Shown here: in pieces, positions 18,785 to 28,268 of the stretch
How the letters are laid out: every line of letters begins with the position of its first letter
Position numbering within the stretch: the first letter of the stretch is position 1
Assembly (NCBI GenBank): GCA_016188495.1
Contig: JACPHU010000010.1
Coordinates: 349 to 64,348, forward strand
Reading direction: 5' to 3'
DNA from: Candidatus Uhrbacteria bacterium
GTDB taxonomy: Bacteria > Patescibacteriota > Patescibacteriia > UBA9934 > GWF2-40-263
DNA: 64,000 nt
Made by a program: the position numbers and the translations under genes
Notes under the pieces: generated by a model
Told to the model about the DNA's origin: nothing
Seen by the model: only the letters and a program-made list of their open reading frames with translations
The model's database searches: none

Positions 18785-19639
18785 TTACTTTTCCTGCTTC
18801 ACCAGATCGTCGTCGATGCGCCGGAAGGCCTTCTCTGCTCTTCTCTGGAATTCCCCCTTGAGTGCTTCCAGTAGCGCCTGGAAGATGCGTCTTATGGGAT
18901 CATTGAGAATGGTCCAGGTTAAGGACCAGGGCCACCAGGTCATCCACATAAGAATTCGTTTCTTGTGGTTTTCCATGGATGGAATGAGAGCATTTTTGAA
19001 CTCTGGACCGGCTAACAGAGTGCGAAACTCTGTCTTGATTTCTTTCGGAAGGGTAGATTCACAGACGTATTTGATCTTTTCCGAATATTCACGATGGAAG
19101 ATTTGATTCCATTCCATCTGTTCCTCGGAGATAGGGGGTTCAGGATTACCCCTCTCTCTTGTTCCCTGAACGGAAAAGTTTGACCTCTTGCTGTCTTTTT
19201 CATATTCCGGATGTTTACGAGCAAAACGCTCCAGCGTTCGTTCGTAGGTTTCCGGACAGAAATCGAGTAGGAAGGCTTCCTTTAATTCTTCGGGGATCGT
19301 TGTGCCATACTCACGGTTCAGTTTCAGGAATACGCTCTTCTTTTTTTCGTAACGTTTCCATTCATCTTTGGTGAAGAATCCCCATTTTCCGTACAGGGCC
19401 CAGAAACAACCACCGATGAAGTAACCGATAACGTAAAGAATGGTCACGACCGGATGTTCGACCACTGCACCGATGATATCAATCCCTGCCACAAACTGCA
19501 GGGCAATGAGCGTACCGATCACGGTGATCGTAGCGATGCCGGACCTCTCTAGTTCGATGAGAGCGAATAGTCCGAGAATAACCACAGCACTCAGAATGAG
19601 CGCCCACAGAGGAACCCCGAACACCAGTGCAAGAAACAT
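18785..19639 (-). CDS. hypothetical membrane protein (284 aa, N-terminal TM helices)
   Basis: Three hydrophobic helices at N-terminus followed by charged soluble domain. Confidence 0.55.
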   Translation of the reverse strand: MFLALVFGVPLWALILSAVVILGLFALIELERSGIATITVIGTLIALQFVAGIDIIGAVVEHPVVTILYVIGYFIGGCFWALYGKWGFFTKDEWKRYEKKKSVFLKLNREYGTTIPEELKEAFLLDFCPETYERTLERFARKHPEYEKDSKRSNFSVQGTRERGNPEPPISEEQMEWNQIFHREYSEKIKYVCESTLPKEIKTEFRTLLAGPEFKNALIPSMENHKKRILMWMTWWPWSLTWTILNDPIRRIFQALLEALKGEFQRRAEKAFRRIDDDLVKQEK

Positions 19640-19779
19640 GTCTTTTTCCCCTTTCTTTTCCTTCTTCTTGTTTTTTTACCTTCTGTCCTGCGACAACGCA
19701 GTGAAGGAGAATAGGTAAAAATTCATTTTTTGTCAAGTGATTTGTTTAAAAACACCCATGTGTGGGTGTTTCGTCTTTA

Positions 19780-20190
19780 TCAATCTCCTTCAGTTGGAGG
19801 GGTTCCGTTTCCCCATTCATCATCATCCCACGAGAAGGGGACGGCCCAACCAACCGTTTCTGTCCCATCGGTGATTTCTGTCAGGGAAGTGAAGAGGTTC
19901 GGATCCCAGATCAGGGTCTTTGATTCGAACCAGAAATTTTCTTTTTCCAGAGAAACATCGATCTGATCTTTTTCAAAAATGTCCCCGGTTTCAAAGAACT
20001 CATCGTCCAGGACCAAACAGTCGCTGAAGCCGTTGGATCCAGGAGAATATCTAGTCTCTCCATTAACGGAGATCGTAAGGTTTTCTACACAGGTATCGAC
20101 AGAGATGACGATACCTGTGGGTTGTCCTTTCTGACAGCCTGCCATGCTTAAGAGAAGTAACAGAAAGAACTTCAAAGAACGTGTCTGCAT
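19780..20190 (-). CDS. lipoprotein, hypothetical (start at MQTRSLKFFLLLLLSMAGCQ)
   Basis: Signal peptide with lipobox 'SMAGC'; AGGGAG RBS upstream of this ATG. Confidence 0.6.
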   Translation of the reverse strand: MQTRSLKFFLLLLLSMAGCQKGQPTGIVISVDTCVENLTISVNGETRYSPGSNGFSDCLVLDDEFFETGDIFEKDQIDVSLEKENFWFESKTLIWDPNLFTSLTEITDGTETVGWAVPFSWDDDEWGNGTPPTEGD

Positions 20191-20271
20191 CTTAAACTCC
20201 CTGTGCATGTTTAGGACCATGGATGCGAAAGGACATTAGGAAAAAAGACAGGAAAAGTCAATAGTTTGAAA

Positions 20272-23265
20272 CTAGAACAGTTTAATTTCATCTGTTGGTA
20301 GAAGGATTTCAGAATCTGTTTCTTTTGTCTCTTCAGACGTTGTATTTTCTTGCGTCTGGGATTTTTTTTCTTCAGGGGACGGAATGATTTTTACGATAGA
20401 ACCTGCTGTGGAAAGGCTATCTGAGCCTGTCTTTGAAACAGCGCGGGCAGAAAGTGCCCAAGTTCCAGACTCCGGCAGAACCCAATCAAAGGTCAAAAAA
20501 GGCGAGCTCGGGTTAAGTATTTGGCCTATGAGTTCCTGGGAGCCATTTCCTAATGTTTCGCTGTAAACGCTTACAGACTGAAAAGACTCAGGGTTTTCTA
20601 CTGAAACGACAAGCGTATAGATATTTTTTATACGTTCAATAGTTTGGCCATTTTTTGGATCGATTAGCTCCAATGCTTCTTGACCTCCTTCCGTGTTTAT
20701 TTGAACACTGATGGTGTCGGTTCCCACGTTCTCGATATCGTCATAAGCAATCGCTTTGAGTGTGTGGACCCCGCGTGAAATAGAACTTGGGATAGATGTT
20801 GAGAGAGTAAATGGGGAAGAGTTGTCTGATCCTAAGTATTGGCCATCAATAAAGAATTCTGTTCGAGCGACTCCTCTTGGGGCGTTTGCGGAAACCGAGA
20901 TGGTGAGCGAACGGGAGTTAATTTCCTCATTTTTTTTCGGAGAAGTGATTTCAACGGAAGGAAAGTTGGATGGAATATGCAAGTCGTCTGATTCTGTCGG
21001 CGGAGCTTCGCTGAGAATTTCTATCCCCGTTTCCTGTTGTTTCTTTTGGATCCAGGTTTGGATCCCCGTTTCCCAAGCTGTGTAGTTTGAGTCTTCTTCG
21101 GGGTGTTCGGGAGGTTCGCCTGTTGGATCTTCATGATTCACATAATGCAAAATAGAATGATATTCGGCATACACCCGTTCTTCTTTATAACTATCCGGAG
21201 TGTATTCTGTGGCAAGTTTTCCAGAAGCTTTATCGATCACGAGTTTTTTTGAACTGATTTGTCCATCCAGAACCGCTTTTCCTGTGGGTTTTATTTCTGG
21301 AGCCGTGAATGTTTCAATCGGAGTTCCTTCTAGGGCTCTGCGCATGAATCCATTCCAAATAGGTGCTGCGATGACAGATCCATCCGCTCCACGGACCATT
21401 TGCGTGTTGTCATTATTTCCTGTCCAAACCCCTACGGCTAAAGAAGGAGTATATCCAACGGTCCAGGCGTCTTTATAATCGTTTGTTGTTCCTGTTTTAG
21501 CCGCTACAGGACGTTCGCCAAGTTGCAGGTAGGAATTGGGCCCGAAGACGTAGGAGCGGGCATTATTATCTTTAAGAACGTCCGTAATCATTCGGGTAAC
21601 GTTTTTATCAAGAATCTTTTTTCCTTCGCGCGTTTTCCATTCTTCAAGAATGGTTCCGTATGAATCCTCCACACGCAGAATGCTCACGGTATCGTTTTTT
21701 ACACCTTCATTAGCAAAGGTTGCATACGCGTTCACATGCTCTAATAACTTTACTTCCCCTCCTCCCAATACCACAGAAAGCCCAAACGCGCTGTGGTCTG
21801 AAAAGGAAGAATATCCTAACGAGGTAGCAAAGTTTAAGGCATTTTCTACCCCAACAAGATAAACCGTTTTGACAGCGGGAATGTTAAGGGAGCCCTGAAG
21901 AGACTTGCGCATGCTTAAAGGTCCGCGTTCTCCGCCATCATAGTTATGAGGCGTATAGTTGCCAGTCACGGTAGGGAACGTTGTTTCCACATCCCAAAGG
22001 ATGGTATTTGGTGTGTAACCCATTTCAAACGCTTTTGTATATACGATTGGTTTGAAACTACTGCCTGGCTGGCGCAGGCGAGTCGTGACATTGACCTGTC
22101 CGTCGATGGTGTTATCGAAATAATCTTTTGATCCGACCATCGCAAGGATTTGTCCTGTTCTTGGATCCAGTGCCACAAGAGCTCCGTTTGAAAAACCATA
22201 TCGGTCAGAAAGATTTTCTACCCCCTTAAGGACTTCTTCCTCAGCTATTTTTTGTTTGTCATAATCTAGGGTCGTAATGACTTTTAATCCACCTTCTTCA
22301 ACGGCGCGGCGACCATAGATTTCTTCTAACTGTTCTTTTACATAAAGAACGAAATGGGGAGCTTCAATGTTTGTGAGAGACACTTCCACAGGAGTGTTTT
22401 CCAACAAAGCCGCGTCATGTTCCTCTTGAGTGATAAACCCAAGATCGAGCATCTCTCCTAAAATGTAATCCCGTCTGGCTTGGAGACGATCGGTATTGTT
22501 GAGATAAAATGTCGTCGCTTTTGGTAGTGCTGCAAGCGTGGCCGCTTGGGCGAGCGTCAATTCATTTACCGATTTTTTATAATAATTTTGAGTGGCGGCT
22601 TCTATTCCGTAGTAGGTTGAGCCATAAGGAATTTCGTTCAGATAAATTTGAAGCATTTCGTCTTTGGTATAGCGACGTTCAAGTTCTATAGAAAGAATGA
22701 GTTCCTTCACTTTTCGTGTGATCGTTTTTTCTCCGGAAAGAATGGCATTTTTCACGAGTTGTTGAGTCAGTGTTGATCCTCCCACGCGATTTCCCATGAG
22801 ATTTTGAAGAACCGCACGCGCCAACCCTTTAAAATCAAAACCTCCGTGTTGACAGAAGGAGTGGTCTTCGGCGGCGATGGTGGCTTGTACAACGAATAAA
22901 GGAATTCCACTTGCGTCTAGTTCAAGTTCAGAACCGTCTCCGCAAAAACTTGTTTGAAGCTGTTTGAGTGTTCTGTTTTCATCGCCAAAAATTTCATATA
23001 GGACATGCTCACCTGTACGATCATAAATTTTTGTTGTTTGGCTGACACTGCGTTCGGTGAGGAAATTTGGATTAGGGAGATCCCGAGAAATAAATGCCAT
23101 GAATCCCAAAAGGGCCAGCGAACCAGCAAAGACCGCAGTCACCACGATAAGAACAATGTTTTTAAGAGGAATACCCTTAAGACCTATTTTTTTCAGAGGA
23201 GATCCTGTTCGTTTAAGCTGTTTTTTGTGACTCCAACCGTGGCGATTGTATGGATGTGTAGACAT
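20272..23265 (-). CDS. penicillin-binding protein 1A (bifunctional glycosyltransferase/transpeptidase) with C-terminal Ig-like repeats and Ser/Thr/Glu-rich tail
   Basis: GT51 motifs 'EDHSFCQHGGFD', 'GGSTLTQQLVKN', 'RKVKELILSIELER'; transpeptidase 'SSFKP', 'SLN', 'KTGT'. Confidence 0.85.
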   Translation of the reverse strand: MSTHPYNRHGWSHKKQLKRTGSPLKKIGLKGIPLKNIVLIVVTAVFAGSLALLGFMAFISRDLPNPNFLTERSVSQTTKIYDRTGEHVLYEIFGDENRTLKQLQTSFCGDGSELELDASGIPLFVVQATIAAEDHSFCQHGGFDFKGLARAVLQNLMGNRVGGSTLTQQLVKNAILSGEKTITRKVKELILSIELERRYTKDEMLQIYLNEIPYGSTYYGIEAATQNYYKKSVNELTLAQAATLAALPKATTFYLNNTDRLQARRDYILGEMLDLGFITQEEHDAALLENTPVEVSLTNIEAPHFVLYVKEQLEEIYGRRAVEEGGLKVITTLDYDKQKIAEEEVLKGVENLSDRYGFSNGALVALDPRTGQILAMVGSKDYFDNTIDGQVNVTTRLRQPGSSFKPIVYTKAFEMGYTPNTILWDVETTFPTVTGNYTPHNYDGGERGPLSMRKSLQGSLNIPAVKTVYLVGVENALNFATSLGYSSFSDHSAFGLSVVLGGGEVKLLEHVNAYATFANEGVKNDTVSILRVEDSYGTILEEWKTREGKKILDKNVTRMITDVLKDNNARSYVFGPNSYLQLGERPVAAKTGTTNDYKDAWTVGYTPSLAVGVWTGNNDNTQMVRGADGSVIAAPIWNGFMRRALEGTPIETFTAPEIKPTGKAVLDGQISSKKLVIDKASGKLATEYTPDSYKEERVYAEYHSILHYVNHEDPTGEPPEHPEEDSNYTAWETGIQTWIQKKQQETGIEILSEAPPTESDDLHIPSNFPSVEITSPKKNEEINSRSLTISVSANAPRGVARTEFFIDGQYLGSDNSSPFTLSTSIPSSISRGVHTLKAIAYDDIENVGTDTISVQINTEGGQEALELIDPKNGQTIERIKNIYTLVVSVENPESFQSVSVYSETLGNGSQELIGQILNPSSPFLTFDWVLPESGTWALSARAVSKTGSDSLSTAGSIVKIIPSPEEKKSQTQENTTSEETKETDSEILLPTDEIKLF

Positions 23266-23402
23266 ACGTTTATCTCTAAGATTACACGAAAAGTACATGA
23301 TCGAACAGTCGAATTGATTGACAAAAAGGGTATTTTATGATATCCTTATGATACTTCCTAACAGGGAAGTTTTTTCTTTTCAGAGTTCTGTCTCTATTTT
23401 GC

Positions 23403-24062
23403 ATGCCCAACGTTGACTGTAGGAGGAAGACGTCGGGTATGTTGAATAAAACAATCACACAATTTCATCGTATCTGGGAGGAAGATGTTTGTTATAGTCG
23501 GACAGTCATAACATGGGTTTATCAATGTCTGGTGCGTTTAGAGATTTTTCTCAAACCTCTTCGCCGCCAATCGGTAAATATTTCCACCTTAGTGTTTGTT
23601 CTGGTCGCAGCGGCTTATCTGCTTTTTCCAAAACTCACGAATGCGGATATGGAATTAGAACAAGCGGTTTTAGATGATGAAACGGTCTCCATGATTGTTT
23701 CCTCAATGCAAAATGAAACCACAGATTACGGTCGTCTTCCTAAATCTGAGAATGCTCCGGCTCGTGATTATTTCACGATTCCTCTCACCGCTTATACCTC
23801 TGACCCTGCTCAAACGGATGATACTCCTTGTATTACCGCTTCGGGACTGGATGTGTGTGCACGAAATGAAGAAAACGTGGTGGCGGCTAATTTTCTTCCA
23901 ATAGGAACACGTGTGCGTATCCCGGAACTGTATGGGGATCGAGTGTTCTATGTGGAAGATCGAATGAATGCCCGTTATCATTATAAAATGGATATCTGGA
24001 TGAAAGATCTTCAGGATGCGAAAACCTTTGGAGTAAAGTACGCAACGATCGAGGTTTTTTAG
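23403..24062 (+). CDS. 3D-domain protein (MltA/RlpA-like double-psi beta-barrel), membrane-anchored
   Basis: C-terminal 'TASGLDVC...VAANFLPIGTRVRI...YVEDRMNARYHYKMDIWM' matches the 3D domain three-Asp pattern. Confidence 0.6.
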   Translation: MPNVDCRRKTSGMLNKTITQFHRIWEEDVCYSRTVITWVYQCLVRLEIFLKPLRRQSVNISTLVFVLVAAAYLLFPKLTNADMELEQAVLDDETVSMIVSSMQNETTDYGRLPKSENAPARDYFTIPLTAYTSDPAQTDDTPCITASGLDVCARNEENVVAANFLPIGTRVRIPELYGDRVFYVEDRMNARYHYKMDIWMKDLQDAKTFGVKYATIEVF

Positions 24063-24074
24063 ACATAAACAAAT

Positions 24075-24106
24075 AAAACACCCTCGCCATTTCGGTGAGG
24101 GTGTTT
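24075..24106 (+). terminator. rho-independent terminator
   Basis: AAAACACCCTCGCCATTTCGGTGAGGGTGTTT. Confidence 0.65.
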
Positions 24107-24174
24107 CGATTATTGATCTCTCTTACATATTTTGATACGCTCCATGCCAACAATGAATACAGATTCGAATGAGA

Positions 24175-24306
24175 GAAGTTTTATGCTATGAATGACGAAA
24201 CTCGATGAGATTTGCGTGAACGGGCTGGCAGCCCCATCAGACGTACCCAAACGTACGTCTGATGGGGTGCCTGGGCGCCCGTGAACGCAAAGATCGCGAG
24301 TTTCGT
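24175..24306 (+). repeat. Family-1 structured palindromic element, copy B, ending 3 nt before tRNA-Cys
   Basis: 132-bp imperfect palindrome; outer arms GCTATGAATGACGAAACTCG / CGAGTTTCGTCATTCATAGC perfect; subterminal ATGAGATTTGCGTGAACGGGC vs GCCCGTGAACGCAAAGATCGC asymmetric. Confidence 0.75.
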
Positions 24307-24309
24307 CAT

Positions 24310-24384
24310 TCATAGCTATGGCCACGTGGCGAAGTGGGAACGCAGGGGTCTGCAAAACCTCGATGAGTCGGTTCAATCCCGACC
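24310..24384 (+). tRNA. tRNA-Cys (anticodon GCA)
   Basis: Cloverleaf folded by hand: acceptor GGCCACG/CGTGGCC, anticodon stem GGGGT/ACCTC with loop CTGCAAA, T-arm GTCGG-TTCAATC-CCGAC, encoded CCA. Confidence 0.8.
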
Positions 24385-24466
24385 GTGGCCTCCAACAAAA
24401 AACGATAGAAATTTCTATTGTTTTTTGTTATTATATACAAGGAATTAAATTTGAATCTCTGCATTT

Positions 24467-24736
24467 ATGTCTTTAGAAAAAAAGGAAGGTTTTCCTGATT
24501 CATTGGTTGAGTTTAAACAAAAAATTCGAGATTTTTCAGACAGAAACGACAGTGATGAAAAAATGTCGGAAACTAAAAGAAATTTAGAATTACTCCTCTC
24601 TTCTTTAGAAATTCTTATTTCTGAAGCTGCTTCAAAGGACGATAAGGCTTGGAGATACGATGATTTGAAAAAACAATTAGAAGGTTGTAATGAAGTTTTG
24701 AGGGATATGGGTTTAAAAATCGAATTTCTAAATTAG
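24467..24736 (+). CDS. hypothetical small protein (89 aa)
   Basis: ORF only. Confidence 0.35.
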   Translation: MSLEKKEGFPDSLVEFKQKIRDFSDRNDSDEKMSETKRNLELLLSSLEILISEAASKDDKAWRYDDLKKQLEGCNEVLRDMGLKIEFLN

Positions 24737-24762
24737 ATTCTAATTTAGAAGAAAAAAACGAC

Positions 24763-25206
24763 TTAGAGAGTCGTTTTTTGAATCCGTTCCAATATTTCTG
24801 GTAGAGGTTCTTTGGTGAGGAGTTTTGGAATTTTTTCTACGAGTCGTTTCTGTACATCGTTATGGAATGCTTCCGTAAATTCGTTCAGATGTTCATGTGG
24901 GGCCGTGAGGATTAGCTCTTCGTAGCTGTGCTGCTGTAGGCGATGAAGAAGCTCTTTGGCAAGAATTTGAGAGAAGCGTCGTTCTTTTTCCATGCCAAGA
25001 TTTTCACTTTGTTCAGCAGAGTGCATGCCGCTTGGGGTCATGGTTGAAGTGCGCTCAAGGTTATCTTTTGGAGGATAATCGATCGTAATTTCTCCGGATG
25101 GCTGGATTTCTCGTTGGTGTAACGAGAAAAAGAGTGCGTGTTCGCCATCGGCAACCACTAGGAGAGTTGGCTTTTCATATGGAAGCAGGGGTTCTGGGAT
25201 GTGCAT
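24763..25206 (-). CDS. host-attachment-protein-like (eRF1/Pelota-domain-like) family protein
   Basis: N-terminus 'KPTLLVVADGEHALFFSL' resembles the Host_attach family start 'WVLVADGEKARFF'; assignment by recall only. Confidence 0.4.
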   Translation of the reverse strand: MHIPEPLLPYEKPTLLVVADGEHALFFSLHQREIQPSGEITIDYPPKDNLERTSTMTPSGMHSAEQSENLGMEKERRFSQILAKELLHRLQQHSYEELILTAPHEHLNEFTEAFHNDVQKRLVEKIPKLLTKEPLPEILERIQKTTL

Positions 25207-25211
25207 AAGGA

Positions 25212-25826
25212 TTGATCCTATTTGATGATAAAATGGAGAAGATCTTTTCTTATCTTACTCCTAATCTTATGGATGGAAAAACATTACAGCACGAAATTGT
25301 CGATTCAATGAGAGAAATCGTTTTCGGCTTGGAGGATTCACTCGTGTCTACTCTTGGAACCATTACAGGGATCGCTGTAGGAACCCAAAGTCAGTACATT
25401 GTTATTCTTTCAGGGCTCGTCTTGATTGCTTCGGAAGCCACGTCTATGGCGGCTGGAAGTTATCTTTCAACCAAGCATGCGACCGAAGCAGAAGCCATGT
25501 TTCACGAGCGTCATGGTCTTGATGCTCATCCGGAACCAACTCACCCGATGCGTGCAGCTTTGGTGATGGGGGTATTTTATGTACTCGGGGGCGTTATTCC
25601 TCTTTCATGTTACTTTTTGCTTCCTGTTGGCCAAGCGATGGTTCCTGCGGTTGTGGTGACGGCTATCTCATTGTTTTTTGTAGGAGTGTGGGCTGCCTCA
25701 TTTACCCGTACTTCAAAAATAAAAAGTGGAATCGAGATGATGGCCGTGTCATTGGCCGCAGCATTGATTGGATACGCGATCGGTTACGCGGTGAATGCTT
25801 CTTTTGGAGTAAATTTTATAAACTAA
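25212..25826 (+). CDS. VIT-family (CCC1-like) iron/manganese transporter
   Basis: 'FGLEDSLVSTLGTITGIAVG' matches the VIT1/CCC1 'FG..DGLVS...LV.GVAG' motif; 5 TM helices. Confidence 0.7.
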   Translation: MILFDDKMEKIFSYLTPNLMDGKTLQHEIVDSMREIVFGLEDSLVSTLGTITGIAVGTQSQYIVILSGLVLIASEATSMAAGSYLSTKHATEAEAMFHERHGLDAHPEPTHPMRAALVMGVFYVLGGVIPLSCYFLLPVGQAMVPAVVVTAISLFFVGVWAASFTRTSKIKSGIEMMAVSLAAALIGYAIGYAVNASFGVNFIN

Positions 25827-25835
25827 AAAAATATT

Positions 25836-26036
25836 ATGAACGTGATAGAACACGAGGTAGGGGAGCTCATCGATGAATGCGATGTGTGTGGGCTCCCTAT
25901 AGAGAATCTGGATGAGGTGATTACGCAAGATTACGGAGGCAAACTTCTGAGTTTCTGTTCGCAGTCTTGTTTTGATCTTTATTTGGAAGATCCTGCCCGT
26001 TATGCGGAGTTTGAAGATGATCAGGAGGTAGAATGA
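25836..26036 (+). CDS. YHS/TRASH-domain small metal-binding protein
   Basis: 'CDVCGLPI...YGGKLLSFCSQSCFDLYLEDPARY' fits the YHS/TRASH Cys pattern. Confidence 0.5.
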   Translation: MNVIEHEVGELIDECDVCGLPIENLDEVITQDYGGKLLSFCSQSCFDLYLEDPARYAEFEDDQEVE

Positions 26037-26094
26037 CAGATTTCATAAAAAGGCTTGAAAAAAGAGCCTTTTTTTGTTACGCTTTTTGACGCTT

Positions 26095-27297
26095 ATGAAA
26101 CCAACCGTTTATCTAGATCATGCAGCCACAACTCCTCTTGACCCTCGGGTCTATGAGGCGATGTTGCCATATTTAACCGAACATTTTGGAAATCCTTCCA
26201 GTTTCCACTCTATCGGAAAAACCGTGAAAGATGCTGTTGACCAAGCGCGGGAGCAGGTGGCCCACCTTCTTCATGTCCGAAGCGATGAGATTTTGTTTAC
26301 CTCAGGTGGAACAGAATCGGATAACTTGGCTATTCTTGGCTATGCAAGAAAGAATCAGGAGCAAGGCAAACATCTTATTACCACCCGTATCGAGCATCAT
26401 GCAGTGTTGGAAGCCATGTTGCATCTTGAAAAAAAAGAAGGGTTTGAGGTGACGTATCTAGAAACGGATCGTGATGGTCTGATCTCTCCAGAGCAGGTCG
26501 AGGCTGCTTTGCGCGAAGACACCATTTTGGTTTCCATCATGTATGCCAATAATGAGATCGGAACGATAGAACCTATCGCGGTTATTGGGAACATGATTCA
26601 AAAATGGCGAGAGGTACGCAAGCGTCCAGCACTCAAATTTCACACCGACGCCTGTCAGGCATCCGAGTATCTTGAACTGGATGTGGAATCATTGCATGTA
26701 GACATGCTGACCCTTAATGGTTCAAAAATGTATGGACCAAAAGGAATAGGACTGCTCTATGTAAAACGTGGAATCAAACTTCAACCTCTCCAATTTGGAG
26801 GAGCTCAAGAGCGAGCATTGCGTCCCGGTACAGAGAATGTCGCCGGAATCATTGGTATGGCCAAGGCATTAGAACTGGCCCAGAAAGATCGAGAAAATGA
26901 ATCAATACGTCTTATTCCTTTACGTGACCGTTTGATTGAAGGCATCCAATCTTCTTTGAAAAAGACACGTTTGAATGGTCACCCGCAACAAAGGCTTCCC
27001 AATAATGTGAATATTTCCATTATGGATATTGAGGGAGAAGCACTCATTCTCTATTTGGATGCCCATGGAATTTATGCTTCTACGGGTTCTGCCTGCACAA
27101 GCGCTTCGCTTGATCCAAGTCATGTCATTCTGGCTTTAGGGCTTCCTTATGAAGTGGCTCATGGTTCCGTACGTTTTACTTTAGGGCACTCAACCACTAA
27201 CGAAGATATCGAATACGTGATTCAAACGCTCCCTGCGCTGGTCCAAAAACTGCGCTCACTCTCTCCTGTGAGGGTTGATGAAAAATATTTTTTATGA
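26095..27297 (+). CDS. cysteine desulfurase (NifS/IscS-like, PLP-dependent)
   Basis: 'VYLDHAATTPLDPRV', 'SGGTESDNLAI', PLP-lysine region 'TLNGSKMYGPKGIGLLYV', 'GSACTSASL' active Cys loop; start moved past upstream terminator hairpin. Confidence 0.88.
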   Translation: MKPTVYLDHAATTPLDPRVYEAMLPYLTEHFGNPSSFHSIGKTVKDAVDQAREQVAHLLHVRSDEILFTSGGTESDNLAILGYARKNQEQGKHLITTRIEHHAVLEAMLHLEKKEGFEVTYLETDRDGLISPEQVEAALREDTILVSIMYANNEIGTIEPIAVIGNMIQKWREVRKRPALKFHTDACQASEYLELDVESLHVDMLTLNGSKMYGPKGIGLLYVKRGIKLQPLQFGGAQERALRPGTENVAGIIGMAKALELAQKDRENESIRLIPLRDRLIEGIQSSLKKTRLNGHPQQRLPNNVNISIMDIEGEALILYLDAHGIYASTGSACTSASLDPSHVILALGLPYEVAHGSVRFTLGHSTTNEDIEYVIQTLPALVQKLRSLSPVRVDEKYFL

Positions 27298-27965
27298 CAC
27301 ACAAGCAAGAACCCATTGCTGGCACCCAAGGCGATGTCACCACGCACGACAACGCGAAATCTTGGTTTTATACCGACGTGGTGAAGGATCATTTTTTTCA
27401 TCCTCGGAATTTTATGCATGAGGATGCTAACGAGAGTGATTATAATGCCATTGGAAAAGTAGGATCACCTGCCTGCGGAGACGAGCTGCGTGTCTGGATG
27501 AAGGTTGATCCGGGGACGCAACGCATTTTAGATTTTCGCTGGAAAACGTTTGGGTGCGGGAGTGCGATCGCTTCGACGTCTATGGCAAGCGTGATGGTGA
27601 CAGAAAATGGTGGAATGACGCTTGAAGAAGCGCGTAAGCTTAAACCTCAGGATATTATGGAGCGATTGGGTGGACTTCCGCAGAGAAAATTCCATTGTTC
27701 GGTCTTATGCGATAAAGCATTACGCGATGCCATTAATGATTACTATCGTCGGACGCAGCAATTTGATCATCTCGTTGTTGAAGCGTCGCGTATCATCGAT
27801 CCTGTTTCCAAGGTGACCGATCACGATATTGAAGAAGCGGTCTTAGAAGGAGCTCATACTCTTGAACTGGTTCAGCAAAAGACAAAAGTGGGAATCGGAA
27901 ACCCCAACTGTCTTCCTGCTGTAGAAGAGCTGATCCGTTTTTATAAAGAAAAATATTTCGGTTAA
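27294..27965 (+). CDS. Fe-S cluster assembly scaffold (NifU/IscU-like N-domain with C-terminal extension)
   Basis: 'GSPACGDELRVWMKV', 'FKTFGCGSAIASTS', 'HCSVLCDKALRDAI' = IscU three-Cys signature. Confidence 0.8.
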   Translation: MTHKQEPIAGTQGDVTTHDNAKSWFYTDVVKDHFFHPRNFMHEDANESDYNAIGKVGSPACGDELRVWMKVDPGTQRILDFRWKTFGCGSAIASTSMASVMVTENGGMTLEEARKLKPQDIMERLGGLPQRKFHCSVLCDKALRDAINDYYRRTQQFDHLVVEASRIIDPVSKVTDHDIEEAVLEGAHTLELVQQKTKVGIGNPNCLPAVEELIRFYKEKYFG

Positions 27966-27989
27966 TAATTCTTTTTTTGAAGAAAATGT

Positions 27990-28259
27990 ATGCCAAAAAT
28001 TCGCGTGCTCGTTGATCCTGACCTGTGTATTGGTGCTGCTTCTTGCGTCACGATCGCCCCTGAAACGTTTCAGCTCAATGAAGAAAATAAAGCGTGGGTG
28101 TTAGATCATGGGTCCGAACCAGACGGACACACCTACGAGCGATGGCTCGAGGTCACAGAAGAAGAAAAGGAAAATATTATCCTTGGAGCCCAGTCTTGTC
28201 CGACGCTTGCCATTTTTATTTTTGATGAAGCAGGGGTGCAGTTGTTTCCTGAACGGTAG
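27990..28259 (+). CDS. ferredoxin (single-cluster 4Fe-4S/3Fe-4S type)
   Basis: 'VDPDLCIGAASCVTIAPETF' plus distal 'CP' Cys; about 89 aa. Confidence 0.65.
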   Translation: MPKIRVLVDPDLCIGAASCVTIAPETFQLNEENKAWVLDHGSEPDGHTYERWLEVTEEEKENIILGAQSCPTLAIFIFDEAGVQLFPER

Positions 28260-28268
28260 AGGTGACTT

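Noticed and set aside
19440-19736. ORFs 19440..19718(+) and 19479..19736(-)
   Set aside because: They overlap the 5' end of the 18785..19639 membrane-protein gene and its promoter region; no support.
24175-24306. Integron attC sites for family-1 elements
   Set aside because: The elements have an attC-like imperfect palindrome with conserved mismatches, but they lack R''/R' core sites (RYYYAAC / GTTRRRY); they are not arranged in a cassette array and no intI is present.
24340-24360. 'AAAACCTCGATGAG' inside tRNA-Cys resembling the family-1 left motif
   Set aside because: It lies within a well-folded tRNA (anticodon stem/variable region); the short match is most likely coincidental, although it could hint at why the elements target tRNA vicinity.
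24110-24376. 88-aa minus-strand ORF
   Set aside because: Overlaps palindromic element B and tRNA-Cys; no coding signature.
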